NCBI GenBank assembly: GCA_000004985.1
Contig: GG738884.1
Length of the DNA stretch: 64,000 bases
From: Naegleria gruberi
Taxonomy: Eukaryota
Reading direction: 5' to 3' (one strand)
Of this stretch, positions 63,001 through 64,000 are shown piece after piece. A model generated the notes under the pieces. That model was not told where the DNA came from. It was given only the letters and a program-made list of their open reading frames with translations, and searched no databases. The position numbers and the translations under genes are program-made. The stretch's first letter is position 1; the number at the start of each line of letters is the position of its first letter.

Positions 63001-64000
63001 CCCAATAATTTCGTGGATAAGATTATTCAACAACATTTGGAAATTTATCAAGCTTCTAACATGCCAGCTCTCGAGAATTTCCTTCTTTGCTTGGAATATA
63101 ATGATCATTTGAGTACGGATGAGTATGCCAATGTAGAATTTTGCAAACAATTAATTGAAAAGTGTATTAGACTGAGAATGTTCAAAGCCATGGTTATTAT
63201 TTACAATAAGGGATTGGACGACTATGTTACTCCGCTTAAAGAATTATTGACCATTGTTTTTGATCCAAATAATAATTCGCAAGGAGACAGGCCTGCATGT
63301 ATTGAGTTGGTTTTCGAATATTTGGAAAAGCTATTCATTCAAGGAACTTCCATTACGAATAATCGTATTTCTGCTGGACTTCTCTATGACATCAAACTCC
63401 AAGTTTTGAATACCATCTTTAAAGCCAATGAGAATATTAGAGACCAATTCTCTAGCTCTGCAATGCCATTCAAGTCATCAGCGCTCTCTAAGAACTTTTC
63501 CTACAAGAAGTATTACATGCTCTCTCGGCTGCTCATCTTATCTGCCAAGAGATTCTTTGCTTGGTTAGAAAAGGTCAACAATGATAGTTCTTCATCTAGT
63601 TTATGGTACTCTACTGAGGAAAAGGAGGTTTTAGCTCATCCACTATTCAAGCCAATCACCAAACAAGAGTTAACGAATTGTTTGATTTATATTTTCAGCT
63701 ACTTGTCTGGAATTGAAAATCCTTTCTCTCCGTGGGAAATGAAAACAAAGAAATTTACCATAGAGGAGGAACAATCACCACAAGCACATTGGGCTCCAAA
63801 TCTAGAAGATACTGTCTACTTTTCATTATTCTTAGCTGAACAATTGTCCAAGTCTGGAAAACAAGCTATTGATAAGAATTCAATCTTTGTCTCTGTGGAT
63901 ACTCTTCATAGAATTTTTTCCACGTTATGTTATGAAGGAAACTTGTTTGATGATGATATTGCCACCACACAATTGGAACTGGTTGAAATTTTAACCAATG
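60004..64000 (+). CDS. Partial CDS whose 3' end runs off the window. It encodes a large protein with an acidic S/N-rich N-terminus and a VPS8-like (CORVET/HOPS-type beta-propeller plus alpha-solenoid) body.
   Basis: The frame is open from 59926 to the window end, more than 1,350 codons, and I checked it by hand. It is absent from the ORF track. The first in-frame ATG is at 60004. Motifs include ...KVIKVSSTILAIGTSNGTTVIF... (compare the Vps8 or Vps41 ALGTSHG..) and ...LDMGSWNHALKMALNFYQGRG... (Vps8-domain like). The family call is from memory and is moderate. The gene may instead start at the ATG at 59678, which would require a 1-nt indel in the microsatellite. Confidence 0.5.
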   Translation, partial: MLESSTEPNMIIGSARVEADDDDHHQEPYKQYLSSILDEISDESSNDDESGVDEQNQQKRNGAAALVNKQATSKKRKITVKTILRDDGPTQMVTTGASGHKQQEDNDDNYYSDEFMEEENEAIFMSNPYASLMPSSSNSTPTTTLENNEKQRKPNSNTANTGGQQSLYFSPSNILLDMKLEDSERFEILKQASVLEQTKYQLQKLFIPYDPSNKRASLNNQQLSNNHHVTHHHHHHGRKHQDLVTVLTVPSEEEYEKKKILLRTLRVKHTDKVIDSILNSPHSSAVSSSSSDNEEEDYRGNEIANIVKHARNNKFDSDDDNLSTSTTSEMGSDYIHNLINNGDIEDDDSLASDDYDPEALQQGSISRQNSSQQLVKNTEEARALITAMRKKNIKDLKEFNSIDNWKDYYGGVVAHNLSMIKLDMIKSINEYLELHRQEIGICKVIKVSSTILAIGTSNGTTVIFSNSSSKVAHLKLTKQGKGTPTKNPQPIVNQYNSVTCMDITSTGNYVVCGYEYGDIAFWSIQNGGELIKRINGKGEENVNSNSSEFMTPVDNIQFVKNNPFKVLVSSQGAVKLITLKEKLIKLGGNSYVYDSLRVTDDNFDRVVDVKILAEGEAYHASNDYLVVAMATSMGVFVMALEPFVKILCFLSKPEEVSPTTLPYLSWRKVLAPIQLATSHETTLNQILRLNKTKPPLLAIAWGNILNIFQLEVEPQPKGSVPNDSVNSEMFRVSCMEFKNDLIGALWCGEQVMLLLDREHQLLVVDPFATKNVEERKITFEIPTKATQEKVISTHHLTYHSRFDVKSNDGKFTLHPVPSFHSTLCTRASSVDGVAYLLCDNDMNINNQVVITVKVLSWKERIDQLLDMGSWNHALKMALNFYQGRGIAVIGLPTDSSLRKQLAGDVIGDILQGYVDYYTSQVNTPGDQDEMSDNGIDEYYTELAKTCIRYSIEIEKSDKIFTTFYEIFKGKNKERLFISIIQEYIIKGLLISSESEIVIVPNNFVDKIIQQHLEIYQASNMPALENFLLCLEYNDHLSTDEYANVEFCKQLIEKCIRLRMFKAMVIIYNKGLDDYVTPLKELLTIVFDPNNNSQGDRPACIELVFEYLEKLFIQGTSITNNRISAGLLYDIKLQVLNTIFKANENIRDQFSSSAMPFKSSALSKNFSYKKYYMLSRLLILSAKRFFAWLEKVNNDSSSSSLWYSTEEKEVLAHPLFKPITKQELTNCLIYIFSYLSGIENPFSPWEMKTKKFTIEEEQSPQAHWAPNLEDTVYFSLFLAEQLSKSGKQAIDKNSIFVSVDTLHRIFSTLCYEGNLFDDDIATTQLELVEILTN

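Noticed and set aside
1-64000. A high frequency of the palindrome TTCGAA (gtttcgaat, tattcgaaag and similar) throughout the window.
   Set aside because: It is most simply explained by codon and amino-acid bias (Phe-Glu, Ser-Asn in AT-rich coding) rather than by a repeat element or binding-site array. I did not test this.
1-64000. Prokaryotic or mobile-element interpretations: operons, CRISPR, IS or transposase genes, phage.
   Set aside because: Spliceosomal introns, an intron-containing tRNA-Tyr, an RPB1 C-terminal domain and an absence of transposase-like ORFs all argue against them. No mobile element could be supported.

Overview
This window is AT-rich, gene-dense nuclear DNA from a unicellular eukaryote, not a prokaryote. 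The gene content points to an amoebozoan or dictyostelid-like lineage, but that is a guess. Several features support the eukaryotic reading:
- Short spliceosomal introns of 72-140 nt with GTAAGT, GTATGT or GTTTGT donors and YAG acceptors.
- An intron-containing tRNA-Tyr.
- An RNA polymerase II largest subunit carrying a canonical YSPTSPx heptad C-terminal domain.
- Ser/Asn/Gln-rich low-complexity genes.
- No operons, Shine-Dalgarno-type signals, CRISPR arrays or IS elements.

Two N-runs are scaffold gaps. The first (12473..12522) sits inside a gene.

The supplied ORF track treats TTG and GTG as starts, which I checked at several ORFs. Many of its 'M' residues are therefore not real and its start coordinates are approximate. 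It also omits ORFs that run off the window ends.

Genes I could place confidently:
- RPB1 (two exons)
- ARL8 GTPase (three exons, including a 29-nt micro-exon)
- ribosomal protein eS30
- FKBP-type PPIase
- ZIP metal transporter
- FAD-linked oxidase
- class-3 lipase
- kelch-repeat protein (two exons)
- four tRNAs: Tyr-GUA, Asp-GUC, Gln-UUG, Val-AAC

The most unusual content is a cluster of RGS signalling proteins:
- Two paralogous genes (12.3-14.1 kb on +, 54.2-55.6 kb on -) fuse a PRXL2/FAM213-type thioredoxin-fold CxxC domain to a C-terminal RGS domain.
- A third gene (39.6-42.1 kb) is a 7TM receptor-like protein with a C-terminal RGS domain.

Other notable items:
- a protein with a bacterial-type PARG (DUF2263/TIGR02452 macro-like) domain that retains the catalytic QEE motif
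- an N-myristoylated SH2-domain protein
- a Ras-like GTPase with an N-terminal F-box-like extension, no catalytic Gln, and an apparent +1 frameshift
- two unlisted long ORFs truncated by the window ends: a PPPDE-peptidase-like protein at the left end and a VPS8-like protein at the right end
- tandemly duplicated S/N-rich genes
- a duplicated 5' gene fragment

All domain calls come from my reading of the translated sequence against remembered family motifs. No database search was possible.
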